Shown here: positions 11,287 to 20,792 of the stretch, one piece after another
Numbering within the stretch: position 1 is the stretch's first letter
Layout: the number at the start of each line of letters is the position of its first letter
Assembly (NCBI GenBank): GCA_965223325.1
Contig: CBDCWI010000002.1
Coordinates: 3,232,001-3,296,000 of the forward strand
Length of the DNA stretch: 64,000 nt
DNA from: Candidatus Multivoradales bacterium
Lineage (GTDB): Bacteria > Acidobacteriota > Thermoanaerobaculia > Multivoradales > Multivoraceae
Reading direction: 5' to 3'
Program-made: the position numbers and the translations under genes
The notes under the pieces: generated by a model
What the model was told of the DNA's origin: nothing
The model's input: only the letters and a program-made list of their open reading frames with translations
The model's database searches: none

Positions 11287-11888
11287 CGCCCGCCTCCCGC
11301 GGCGGCTCGCGACTCTTGGTACCCCGAGTTCTCAAAGAGCGTTGAGATTCGCAGGGCCACCGAAAGCGAGCCTTCTGTCGTGTCGGAGACCCGAATCTCT
11401 TCGAGGATCAGAAAGTGCTCGGAGAGCTCAATGAAGTTGATGAAGCGACGAAGCTCCTCATACTGCCCCTTGACTGAGAAGACAAAGGACTTGCGCAGCA
11501 GTTCATGATCTTCGATGGCCTCCTCGGGATAGGTAATGCCGGGGGGCTCGAGGCCCGCCCTGCTCGCCAGGTCCTTGACCTCACGGATGACGGCCGTCAG
11601 GCGCTGGCGTTCGGTTTCGAAGACCTCGTCGTAGAGGTACTGGATGCCCTCCCGGTTGCCGCTGGCGCGCTCCAACCGAGCGGCGACCTGCTCACGCTCG
11701 GCGAGCAGATCGGCAAGCCGCTCCTCCTCGCGGGCACGCTGCGAATCGAGAACGTCGACCCGGCCCGAGAACCTCACCTGGTACACAACGAGCAGGAGCA
11801 GGCCGAGAACGACCAGGGCGACAGGCACTCCCCAGCGCTTGCGCTCCTCGGCCCACAGGTCACGATCGAATGCGGTGTAGGACGTCAT
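11283..11888 (-). CDS. PilO/GspM-like protein
   Basis: TM, coiled coil and the PilO-type motif VKGQYEELRRFINFIE. Confidence 0.8.
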   Translation of the reverse strand: MTSYTAFDRDLWAEERKRWGVPVALVVLGLLLLVVYQVRFSGRVDVLDSQRAREEERLADLLAEREQVAARLERASGNREGIQYLYDEVFETERQRLTAVIREVKDLASRAGLEPPGITYPEEAIEDHELLRKSFVFSVKGQYEELRRFINFIELSEHFLILEEIRVSDTTEGSLSVALRISTLFENSGYQESRAAAGGGR

Positions 11889-13087
11889 GGGCCGACTCCC
11901 GGCGGCGAACTCGCGTTGGGTTGGCGCGGCTCGGGCTCCTCGGAGGGAGGGTTGGGGTCGACCGGGTCGGCCGGATCGGACGGCAGGTCATTCGTCGGCT
12001 GCTCCTGGGGAGCCAGATCGTCGGCCGGCGTCGGGCCGGTCGATGGGGTCGGCCGGCGAGCACTCGCTGGGGTCGAGCGGTTGCCACCGGGTCGGGTCGT
12101 CGGTCGAGGGTTCACCGCCGGCTGCGAGGCGGTGCCGCCAACCGCCGCCGGAGTCCCGGTCGCCGTGTCGGGTTCCCCCGTGCCAGGAGGCGCTGACCGC
12201 GCTGGGGTACTCGCCTGTCGGGTCGTCGTCGGTCGGGCCGTCGTTGGTCTGGGCGCCATCGGTCCCCTGCCCTCACCGCGACCGGTGCTCGGCGGTGGAA
12301 CGCTCGGCCGAGCCTGGGGGCGGGTGGTCGGGGTCGCCGCGACCTCCCGACCAGCGACCGGGGTCACGCCCGCTGGTGCTTCGGCTCCCCTCGGCGACTC
12401 CGGCCGAACCTCCGTTGACTGCACTGGCGTCGCCGACGAAGCGTCTGGGGTCGCAGAATCGGGTTCTGAAACCCCGGTCTCCGCGGCCGCTGGGTCGGCT
12501 TCATCCGTCTCGGGCAGGTAGCCCGTCTGGAGGCTAAAGGACAGTTCGTTTTGTTTGGTCGTGCGCTCTCGCTCGAGACGCGGCACCTGGAAGGCCTCGT
12601 GTTCGAAGAGGCGATCAAGCAAAGCCAACAGCTCGTCGGTGTTCGCCGCCACGCCGGTCATCGTCAGAGTGACCGGCCCGCGCTCGTCGCCCTTCGAACG
12701 AGATTCGTCGTCGTGGAGATGGACCTTGGGGCTCAGGCTTTCGATGCGAACTCTCTCAGGCAAGACCTCGCCGAGCTGCTCGAACAAGCGGCCCCAGGCA
12801 AACGTGCGCTGATCGATGCGCTGATTGAGAAACTCGACCCGGGAGTTCTGGCCACGGACATCGAGCCTGGCCAACTCGGCCTGGAGGTCCCGAATCACCT
12901 GGCGCTCCTCGCTGATCTGCGCTCGCACATCACGGAGATCGTCGCGCGAACCCGTCGATCCCGAGAAGTAGCGACCGAACAAAACCAGCGCCAGCACCAG
13001 GAGAGCGGCGCCGAGGATCATCAAGAAGGCACTCAACCGCTCGAGAGGACGGCGGTTGACGAACGGCCGGCGCGCCAAGTTCAGCAT
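11885..13087 (-). CDS. PilN-like protein with ~200-aa Pro/Thr/Ala-rich tail
   Basis: LNLARRPF N-terminus, TM, coiled coil, and W..LF..L...LP..V.I.SL.P motif. Confidence 0.8.
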   Translation of the reverse strand: MLNLARRPFVNRRPLERLSAFLMILGAALLVLALVLFGRYFSGSTGSRDDLRDVRAQISEERQVIRDLQAELARLDVRGQNSRVEFLNQRIDQRTFAWGRLFEQLGEVLPERVRIESLSPKVHLHDDESRSKGDERGPVTLTMTGVAANTDELLALLDRLFEHEAFQVPRLERERTTKQNELSFSLQTGYLPETDEADPAAAETGVSEPDSATPDASSATPVQSTEVRPESPRGAEAPAGVTPVAGREVAATPTTRPQARPSVPPPSTGRGEGRGPMAPRPTTARPTTTRQASTPARSAPPGTGEPDTATGTPAAVGGTASQPAVNPRPTTRPGGNRSTPASARRPTPSTGPTPADDLAPQEQPTNDLPSDPADPVDPNPPSEEPEPRQPNASSPPGVGP

Positions 13088-14068
13088 TCAGCGGACCTCC
13101 TCGAGCGCACTGCCGGCAAGAGGGGCCAAGAGGCCTTGCTCAGCGAACGAGAACGACTCGGACACCGACCAGTCCATGACCGGCAAAGCAGAAACCTCCG
13201 CCGCATCACTCAACCAGCTCGCCCAGACCGCCGCTGAGCTGCCAGGCGCCTGAACCCAGGCTTCCCGAACCCGCATGCCAGCGCGATGGCGCTCGAGGAA
13301 ATCGAGTGTCAGTGCCAGTTCGCGGCGAATCGTCTGCTCGAGGACGTCGAGCCCGACACCTTCCTTGATCGACTTGTGACGATAGAGAAGCGGCGCGGGT
13401 TCGGCGCTACCGGGGGGAGCGATCTGGTCGAGCTGGATCGTATAGCCCTCTGGGCAGGCAACCACCAGCACGCGCACCGCCTCGGGGTCGGCTCGGTGCG
13501 GAGCCGCCAGGGTGCGAGCGTCGAGCAGCCGTGTGCAGGCCATGCTCTCCGACACTACGTTGCCAATGTGGACTCCGGCGCGTTCGAAGGCCGCTTCGAG
13601 CTGGGACACGAGGCGGTCGATGGCAAACGCCAGTGCGATCCGACGTTCGCCCCCTGCCTTGACCGGCGGCAGGTTGAGCTCGCGCACCCGCAACTCATCG
13701 ACCCGGAAGGGCACCAGGCGGCGCAACTTCCACTGCAGCGCTTCGTCGCGGGCGGCTCCGCGCTTCGGAACGTCACCCGCATCGCTGACCACCAACCGCA
13801 ACCACGGATCGGGAAGAACGAGGGAAGCCTCGACGAGGTCGCCCGAAGACACCTGTACCAACGCTTCGACCGAGGGCATCAGATCGGCAACGTCGCGCAG
13901 CGTTCCCCCGAGCGGTCCCTCGAGGAAAATGCCCGGGCGAATCGCAACTTCGTGAGCTTCGAGAACGCGCGGCGCCTCGACTTCGGAGCGATCGAAGCGC
14001 GCATAGCGCAGCTCGGCGTGATCGATCCCGAACACGCTATCTGGCACCGGTCGCGGGTCGAGGCCCAC
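13088..14068 (-). CDS. PilM/GspL-like cytoplasmic platform protein
   Basis: ASLVLPD and WKLRRLVPF motifs, located between the ATPase and PilN. Start uncertain (14068-14107). Confidence 0.7.
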   Translation of the reverse strand: MGLDPRPVPDSVFGIDHAELRYARFDRSEVEAPRVLEAHEVAIRPGIFLEGPLGGTLRDVADLMPSVEALVQVSSGDLVEASLVLPDPWLRLVVSDAGDVPKRGAARDEALQWKLRRLVPFRVDELRVRELNLPPVKAGGERRIALAFAIDRLVSQLEAAFERAGVHIGNVVSESMACTRLLDARTLAAPHRADPEAVRVLVVACPEGYTIQLDQIAPPGSAEPAPLLYRHKSIKEGVGLDVLEQTIRRELALTLDFLERHRAGMRVREAWVQAPGSSAAVWASWLSDAAEVSALPVMDWSVSESFSFAEQGLLAPLAGSALEEVR

Positions 14069-14075
14069 GAGGCGC

Positions 14076-15773
14076 TCAATCGACGAAGGTAACTTTATTG
14101 ATCTCACGGAGTGTGGTGATTCCTTCTGCGACCTTCTGGAGGGCGCTTTCCCTCAAGAAGTGCATGCCCTCTTCCTTGGCGGCACGTTTGATCTCGGACG
14201 CCGGACGGCGATCGAGGATGAGTTCTCTGATTCGGTCGGAGAGGTTGAGCAGCTCCGAGACGGCCAGGCGACCGTGATAGCCGGTGCCGTTGCACTCGAC
14301 GCAGCCGCCGCCGTTGTAGAACTGCACATCGGTCCAATCGTTCTTGTCGAGTCCGGACTCCTCGAACAGGGCGTCGTCGATATCGGTCGGGTGTTTGCAG
14401 TGCGGGCAGATGCGGCGAACGAGGCGCTGTGCCAGAACGCAGTTGAGGGCCGAAACGAAGTTGTAGAGGTCGACGTTCATGTTCAGAAAGCGACCCAGCA
14501 CGTCGACGACGTTGTTGGCATGAACGGTGGTGAAGACCAGATGGCCCGTAAGCGCCGATTGGATCGCGATCTGTGCCGTTTCTTCATCACGGATCTCACC
14601 GACCATGATCTTGTCGGGGTCGTGGCGCAGAATCGACCGCAAGCCGCGTGCGAAAGTGAGCCCCTTGCGCTCGTTGACCGGAATCTGCGTGATGCCCTTG
14701 AGCTGGTACTCGACCGGGTCTTCGATGGTGATGATTTTGTCTTCGGACGACTGGATCTCAGACAGCGACGCGTAGAGGGTCGTGGTTTTGCCGGAACCCG
14801 TCGGCCCGGTGACCAGGACCATGCCGTAGGGCTCACGAATGAACTTGCGCAGCTTGGTCATCGTGTCTTCGTCGAAGCCCAGAATGTCGAGCCGCAGGGT
14901 CGAGAACTCCTCGTTCATCGACTCCTTGTCGAGAATCCGGATGACGCAGTCTTCGCCATGAACGGAGGGCATGATCGAAACACGGAAGTCGATGGTGCGC
15001 CCCTTGACGCGCAGCTTGAAACGACCGTCCTGGGGAATGCGCTTCTCGGCGATATCGAGCTCGGACATGACCTTGATTCGACTGATGATCGTCTGGTGGT
15101 GACGCTTGTCGATCGGTTCCATCGCCTGATAGAGCACGCCGTCGATGCGGTACTTGATGACCACTTCGTTCTCACGGGTCTCGATGTGAATGTCCGAGGC
15201 ACGCCGCTGAATGGCGTTGAAGATTGTCGAATCGACGAGCCGAATGATCGGGCTTGTGTCGTCGGCGCTGATGCGGTCGATCGACAGCACCTCGTCGCCA
15301 TCCTCATCGTCCTGAACCAGCTGTATCCGGAAGTCTTCGGTCGCCTCGTCCAGCACCCGCTGGGCGGACTCAGACTTCTGCAGCATCTCCTCGATCAGAA
15401 AACCCGCTCCAACCCTCGGCTCGAGCGGCTGACCGAGCTGGAGTTCCAGCTCGTCGAGCTTGACGACATCGGAGGGATCGGCCATGACGATACCCAGCCG
15501 CCCTTCGAGTTGCCGGTCGGGGATGAACTCGTAGCGCAGCATCAGCTCGAACGGCACCTGGCGCAGTAGATCGTTGTCGATGCGGAAGTGCTCGAGGTCG
15601 ACGTAGTCAAAACCGTAGCGATGTGCCAGATCCTGCGCATTGTCGATCTCTGCGAGCCTCCGCGCCTCGGAGACGGCGCCGGTCTCGAGACTGGCCGAGA
15701 TCTCCTCGAGCGACGGCGCATCAGCCGCCGCCGGCGCCCGCACTTTCGGATCTTCGTCGAGGGTGGTCATCAC
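14076..15773 (-). CDS. GspE/PilB family assembly ATPase
   Basis: ASDIHIE, Walker A GPTGSGKTTT, IEDPVEY, DPDKIMVGEIRD, His boxes and two CxxC motifs. Confidence 0.96.
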   Translation of the reverse strand: MMTTLDEDPKVRAPAAADAPSLEEISASLETGAVSEARRLAEIDNAQDLAHRYGFDYVDLEHFRIDNDLLRQVPFELMLRYEFIPDRQLEGRLGIVMADPSDVVKLDELELQLGQPLEPRVGAGFLIEEMLQKSESAQRVLDEATEDFRIQLVQDDEDGDEVLSIDRISADDTSPIIRLVDSTIFNAIQRRASDIHIETRENEVVIKYRIDGVLYQAMEPIDKRHHQTIISRIKVMSELDIAEKRIPQDGRFKLRVKGRTIDFRVSIMPSVHGEDCVIRILDKESMNEEFSTLRLDILGFDEDTMTKLRKFIREPYGMVLVTGPTGSGKTTTLYASLSEIQSSEDKIITIEDPVEYQLKGITQIPVNERKGLTFARGLRSILRHDPDKIMVGEIRDEETAQIAIQSALTGHLVFTTVHANNVVDVLGRFLNMNVDLYNFVSALNCVLAQRLVRRICPHCKHPTDIDDALFEESGLDKNDWTDVQFYNGGGCVECNGTGYHGRLAVSELLNLSDRIRELILDRRPASEIKRAAKEEGMHFLRESALQKVAEGITTLREINKVTFVD

Positions 15774-15798
15774 CAGAGGTCCTTTTGAAGCATCGCGA

Positions 15799-17013
15799 CT
15801 AGTTGAGCTGGCTCAGCATGCTGAACAGTGGGAGGTACATCGCAAGCAGGAGCAGCGACACAGCGGAGCCCATGATGACCAGCAGGATCGGGTCGAGAAC
15901 ACTCAACATGCGCTCGATTCGGGTCTCGATCTCCTCGTCGAAGAAGTCGCTGAGGTTCGACAGCATCTCGTCGAGCGCACCCGTCGCCTCGCCGACCTTG
16001 ACCATATCGATCCCCAGATCGGTGAACACCTCCGTGTCGTCGAGCGCCTGATGCAAGGACTCACCTTCGCGCACACCGGAAACGATGGGAATGAGACGCG
16101 TCTTCAGCCACTGGTTACCCACCGCTCCGACTGAGACTTCCAAGGACGGCACGAGGGGCATCCCGCCACTGAGCAGGACGGAAAGCGAGCGACAGAACTC
16201 CGAAAGCGAAAAGCGGTGCAGGACACCACCAACCAGCGGGATCTGGAGCTTCAACCCGTCGAGCCACTGGCGGCCCGGACCGGAGCGGGTCAAACGGCGA
16301 GCGAAGTAGATCGCCGCGCAAACGGCCAGGACGGCGAGGAGACCTGAGCGACTGCGCAGGAAATCTGAGAGATCGAGTAGCACCTGGGTGATCCATGGCA
16401 ACTCGACGTCCAGGGCGGTGAAGAAGCTGCGGAACGAAGGGATGACCCTGATCAGCATCATCGCCAACATTCCCAGCGACAGCGCGATCAGAAGCGTCGG
16501 GTAGATCAGGGCGTTGACAACCTTCTTGCGTGTATCCATCACCAGCTTCAGGTAGCGAATGAAGCGCCTGATGACCGACTCGAGCTCACCGGTGCGCTCG
16601 CCAGCCTTGAGGCTCGACGCATAGAGCGAAGGGAACGTGCCCTGGTACCGGCCGAAGGCCTCCGACATCTCTTCGCCGCTCGACAGTCGATCCCGTACGT
16701 CGATCAGGATCGCCTTGAACGTCGGGTTGCGCTGGCGCTCCAACATCATGTTGATCGAGTGCAGGAGTGGCAGCCCCGCTTTCAGCAGGCTGGCGAGTTC
16801 CTGGTTGAAGATCAAGAACTCGCGATCGGTCACCTTGCGTGAACCTAGATCGCGTAGGAGCGGCACATCGAACTTGAGGCCACGTTTCTCGAGTTCGAAG
16901 ACGTGGTAGCCGCGGCTCTCTAACGAGCCCCGCGCAGCCGCCTCGTCAGCGGCCTCGAAGACCTCTTCGAGAACCCGCCCATCGGGCGTACCGACGCGTG
17001 CCGAAAAGCGCAT
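15799..17013 (-). CDS. GspF/PilC inner-membrane platform protein
   Basis: LLKAGLPL, AGERTGEL, ALIYP, VGEATGAL and AMYLPLF motifs. GGAGG SD before ATG 17013. Confidence 0.95.
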   Translation of the reverse strand: MRFSARVGTPDGRVLEEVFEAADEAAARGSLESRGYHVFELEKRGLKFDVPLLRDLGSRKVTDREFLIFNQELASLLKAGLPLLHSINMMLERQRNPTFKAILIDVRDRLSSGEEMSEAFGRYQGTFPSLYASSLKAGERTGELESVIRRFIRYLKLVMDTRKKVVNALIYPTLLIALSLGMLAMMLIRVIPSFRSFFTALDVELPWITQVLLDLSDFLRSRSGLLAVLAVCAAIYFARRLTRSGPGRQWLDGLKLQIPLVGGVLHRFSLSEFCRSLSVLLSGGMPLVPSLEVSVGAVGNQWLKTRLIPIVSGVREGESLHQALDDTEVFTDLGIDMVKVGEATGALDEMLSNLSDFFDEEIETRIERMLSVLDPILLVIMGSAVSLLLLAMYLPLFSMLSQLN

Positions 17014-17014
17014 G

Positions 17015-17797
17015 TCAGCGACCTCCTCGCGCGCCGGCCGCAGCACGACAGGTCACTGCGATCACCAGGGCGGTTTCGGCCTCGGCGTCTTGTGCGAAGC
17101 CGAGCGCAACGGTGCGGTCGAGCCACAGATTGACGTGCGAATGAAAGAGCGGCTCTTCCTTTTGCTCCAGGTTGCCGGATCGCTGACGCGGTGTATCCAC
17201 CTCACCAGGGCCACCGAGCACCTTGAAGCCGGCCAGACGCAAGCGCTGATTCGGCATCACTGTTCCTACATCGAACAGGATCTGGTAGCCGGAGCCGAGG
17301 CGGTAGCTCTCGGTCTGGCCCTCACGAGTCAGGAAGGAGGCGTCGGCGAGAACGCGGTACTCGTTGTAGTTGAGCAACTTCCCCAGCCGCTGGGCGAGTT
17401 CGGCCGAAGGGTGACGCGGATCACCCGAGGGACCGCTCATCCGTCGGCTCGCCTCGAGAATCTGGATCTCGATTTCGATCTCACGCGCCGGGTGATCGAG
17501 TTCGCGGAGGAGGTGCAACATCGCACTGACGCGTCGCGGCGTATCGATGACCCGAATGGTGCGGTTGTCGGCCGCCAACTCGACCCGACCATGTGCCGAC
17601 AGCTGATTGCGCAGGAGCGTCATCGCGTCTGCCGCCGGCTGATGGCGCATCGAGTAGGAGCCCTCTTCGAGTACTTCGAGCGTCGGCGGCGTCGCGCGTT
17701 GGGCAGCGAGCAGTCCCGAGACCATAGCGAGGACCACCAACAGGCCCAGCACAACCAGGGCGCGCGGCAGGTGAGGCTGGGGCTTCGAGATCAACAT
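17015..17797 (-). CDS. Exported protein with a secretin N-domain (NolW-like) segment
   Basis: Signal/TM followed by YSMRH..A...L...LS..G.V...ADNRTIRVIDTP..V.....L.ELDHPAREIEIEIQILEA, which resembles a secretin N3-to-barrel junction. Confidence 0.6.
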   Translation of the reverse strand: MLISKPQPHLPRALVVLGLLVVLAMVSGLLAAQRATPPTLEVLEEGSYSMRHQPAADAMTLLRNQLSAHGRVELAADNRTIRVIDTPRRVSAMLHLLRELDHPAREIEIEIQILEASRRMSGPSGDPRHPSAELAQRLGKLLNYNEYRVLADASFLTREGQTESYRLGSGYQILFDVGTVMPNQRLRLAGFKVLGGPGEVDTPRQRSGNLEQKEEPLFHSHVNLWLDRTVALGFAQDAEAETALVIAVTCRAAAGARGGR

Positions 17798-17869
17798 CGG
17801 AGGGAGGGTTCGCTGGAGCGGTCAGAAAGGAGCGCCGCGTCGGGGGAGGGAAGAAACAGACGGTGGCGC

Positions 17870-18538
17870 CTAGCGACCACCGGAAGGGGCAGACTGAAGT
17901 CGGGGACCTCGACCGAGCAGCATGACGACGTCCAGATCGTCCTGGTGATAAACGACGCGAGCTGCTCCGTCGGCCGTCACCTCGTCGAAGATTTCGTCGA
18001 CCAGGGGCAGCTGATCGAGCATTTCACGCACGTCTTCGATGGCTGTCGCCTGGGCGGCGTCGGTCAAGGTTGCGGCGGGCTGCTGCCACTCTTGACCAGT
18101 CGCACCGGTGGTAGCGCGTGTGGGGAAAGCGCGAGCAGCGCGCCGTGGATCGAGCGCTGCCGGCGACTGAATCACGACGCCCTGTTGGCTGGCATGCTGC
18201 TGCAGCGCTGGCTGAGCCGCGGCTTCGACCGAAACGGCAGGAGCCACCAGAAGCGGTAGTCGCAGGCTGGCCAACGCCACCAGCAGGATCCCCGCGGCGA
18301 CCGCCACCATGGCTTGCCAGCGAGGCCTCATCATCGGTGCGGAATCGATCGACCAGGCACCACTGGATTCGGCAAGCAGGCCGCGGTCCGCGAGCCGGGT
18401 CAGCTCGAGCACGCTGTGGCGCATCTGCTCGACTTCGCTGTCTGTGACCGGGGGGGCTTCGAGATCACGGAAGAGATCGAGAACGTCTGGCTCCGCGGCG
18501 GCAGACCGTTGGCGGCTCTTGGGGCTCTCGTGCTTCAT
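17870..18538 (-). CDS. Putative single-pass membrane anti-sigma factor
   Basis: ATGA overlap with the ECF sigma gene and a central TM (WQAMVAVAAGILLVALASL). No zinc-binding ZAS motif visible. Confidence 0.6.
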   Translation of the reverse strand: MKHESPKSRQRSAAAEPDVLDLFRDLEAPPVTDSEVEQMRHSVLELTRLADRGLLAESSGAWSIDSAPMMRPRWQAMVAVAAGILLVALASLRLPLLVAPAVSVEAAAQPALQQHASQQGVVIQSPAALDPRRAARAFPTRATTGATGQEWQQPAATLTDAAQATAIEDVREMLDQLPLVDEIFDEVTADGAARVVYHQDDLDVVMLLGRGPRLQSAPSGGR

Positions 18539-19221
18539 CGGCCTTCTTCCCCGGAATCTTCTCGGCCGGCGAAGGCGCGCACGTACTCGGGATAGCGGGC
18601 ACTCATCTCGCGCTTGAGGACCCGCCGGGCCTGGAAGAGATGGTTGCGGACGGTGGACTCTCGACAGCCAACGATCGCGGCCACCTCGCACGTTGGCATT
18701 CCTTCGAGCTCGCGGAGCACGAACACGGTGCGTTGGCGATCGGTCAGCTCAAGGGCGACTTCGGTGAAGATTCGCGAAATCTCTCGCTGATCCAGCGTCG
18801 CGCGCACCCTCTCTGCCTGACCCGCGGCTCGCAACTCGACGTGATGCCCGAAGGGCTCCCGCACTCGGTCGCGAGACTTGCGCGAGCGCAGGTGATCGAT
18901 CGAGAGGTTGGTGGCGATGCGGTAGATCCAGGTGTTGGGACTGTGGCGACCGTCGTAGCGGTCGCGGTGGGTCCAGATCTTCAGGAAAGTCATCTGGACG
19001 ACGTCGTGAGCCTCTTCCAGGTCGCCGAGAATGCGATACGCGACCCCGACGAGCGGCCTGGTCTTGCGCTCGACCAGCTCGCCGAGAGCCAGCTCACTGC
19101 CTGCCTGTATCTCTGCCAGCAGCACGCGGTCGTCGGCAGCGGCCAGATCCTCTTGCTCCCGGGCTCTCGAAAAGGCGAGCCTGGGGCCGGTGGTCTGGGA
19201 AGCTCTGGTTGGTTCGGTCAC
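18535..19221 (-). CDS. ECF RNA polymerase sigma factor
   Basis: Region 2 AHDVVQMTFLKIW...TWIYRIATNLSIDHLR and region 4 VFVLRELEG...EVA.IVG..ESTVRNHLFQAR. Confidence 0.95.
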   Translation of the reverse strand: MTEPTRASQTTGPRLAFSRAREQEDLAAADDRVLLAEIQAGSELALGELVERKTRPLVGVAYRILGDLEEAHDVVQMTFLKIWTHRDRYDGRHSPNTWIYRIATNLSIDHLRSRKSRDRVREPFGHHVELRAAGQAERVRATLDQREISRIFTEVALELTDRQRTVFVLRELEGMPTCEVAAIVGCRESTVRNHLFQARRVLKREMSARYPEYVRAFAGREDSGEEGR

Positions 19222-19490
19222 GGTCGTCTCATGAGGGGCGGGTTTTTCGTCGCTGGCTTCAGGGGAGCAGTCGCGGAAGCGAGCGCACCAGCAGGATGAA
19301 TACGGATGCCGATGCCGGGGCGTCTAGGTCCCGGACGGTCCCCGGCGTTTTTCGGGAAGTCGCCCCTGGGGGAAAGCGGGCTCAGCTGGCCCATGCTATC
19401 TCTGAAAAACTCGTTTTTGAGGCAGGGACGGCACGAACCGGTGATTATACTGACGCCCCTCTACCCGCTTCGCCTGAAACCCCTCAGCCA

Positions 19491-20792
19491 ATGTGGCCTC
19501 TTTATCGGCTCGCCCTCACGGCAGCCCTCGTCCTCCTGTCCCCCTGGCTGCTTCTGCGTCGCGGGCGCCACTATCTTCCGACCCTACGGGGACGTCTCGC
19601 CCTCGCCGACGATGAAGCTCTGGCTCCCAAAGCCGACGGATCGCGCCCCCTCTGGATCCACGCCGTCTCGGTGGGTGAAGTGGGAGTCGCCGCGACGCTG
19701 GTCTCGGCGCTGCCCGAGGACCTGCCCGTGGTGGTCACGACAGTCACTCCAACTGGCCAGGAACGAGCCCGCGTAGTCTTTGGATCCCGCGCCCGGGTGA
19801 ACTACCTGCCGTTGGATCTCCGCGGACCGATACGCCGATTCCTCTTCCGCTACCACCCGACCGGCCTGATCTTGATCGAAGGCGAGTTCTGGCCGCTCTT
19901 GCTTGCCGAGCTCGAGCAGCGAGCGATTCCGGTCGCACTGGTAAACGGCCGAATCTCCGATCGAACCGCCGGGCGCATGTTGAAGCTCCGTCGACTCGTC
20001 GCACCCATGTTGCGCCGCGTCGGCCTGCACCTGGTTCAGACAGAAGCCGACGCCGCGCGCCTCGGAGCGCTCGGCGTTCCCGAAACCGCGATCGAAGTGA
20101 CCGGGAACCTCAAATACGAGAGCCCCCTGCCGCGGAGCTCTCCTGAGCTCGAGGCAACGGTTCTCGCCCTGGCGGGAGGTCGCCCGATCTTCGTTGCCGG
20201 CTCAACCATGCCGGAGGAGGAAAGCCAGGTTCTCGAAGCCTGGAAGGCGATCGGCGGAGAGCGTTCTCTGCTGGTACTCGCACCCAGACACCCCGAACGC
20301 TTCGCCGCCGTCGCCCAGGAACTCGAGCGCGCAGGCCTCTCTTGGCTTCGGCGCTCAGACGAGCCAGGGCGAGGGGCGGCAGGAGATCCAGGACGACGCT
20401 TCGACGTTTTGCTGCTCGACACGCTTGGCGAGCTGGCCGGCCTCTACGCCATCGCCACCGTGGCTTTCGTTGGAGGAACACTCGTACCCACGGGTGGCCA
20501 CAACCCACTCGAACCGGCACGTTTTGGCATTCCGACCACGGTCGGGCCATCGATGCACAACTTTCGCGAGATGGCGGAGCAATTCCAACAAGCAGACGCC
20601 TGGCGTCAGGTCGAGAACGCGAGCGAGCTGGCGCTTGCCTGGCAGGCGCTACTCGATGACCCCGCCGAAGCGCAGCAGCTTGGCGAGCGGGCGACCCGGC
20701 TGGTGGAGGCTCACCGCGGCTCACTCTGTCGTACCCGGCGTGCGCTCGGTGACTACTTCTCCGAACAGCTCGGTCGGGAGCCACACTCATGA
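19491..20792 (+). CDS. waaA: 3-deoxy-D-manno-octulosonic acid (Kdo) transferase
   Basis: LWIHAVSVGE, NGRISD, TGNLKYE, APRHPER, DTLGEL and GGHNPLEPA motifs. Start trimmed to ATG 19491. Confidence 0.95.
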   Translation: MWPLYRLALTAALVLLSPWLLLRRGRHYLPTLRGRLALADDEALAPKADGSRPLWIHAVSVGEVGVAATLVSALPEDLPVVVTTVTPTGQERARVVFGSRARVNYLPLDLRGPIRRFLFRYHPTGLILIEGEFWPLLLAELEQRAIPVALVNGRISDRTAGRMLKLRRLVAPMLRRVGLHLVQTEADAARLGALGVPETAIEVTGNLKYESPLPRSSPELEATVLALAGGRPIFVAGSTMPEEESQVLEAWKAIGGERSLLVLAPRHPERFAAVAQELERAGLSWLRRSDEPGRGAAGDPGRRFDVLLLDTLGELAGLYAIATVAFVGGTLVPTGGHNPLEPARFGIPTTVGPSMHNFREMAEQFQQADAWRQVENASELALAWQALLDDPAEAQQLGERATRLVEAHRGSLCRTRRALGDYFSEQLGREPHS

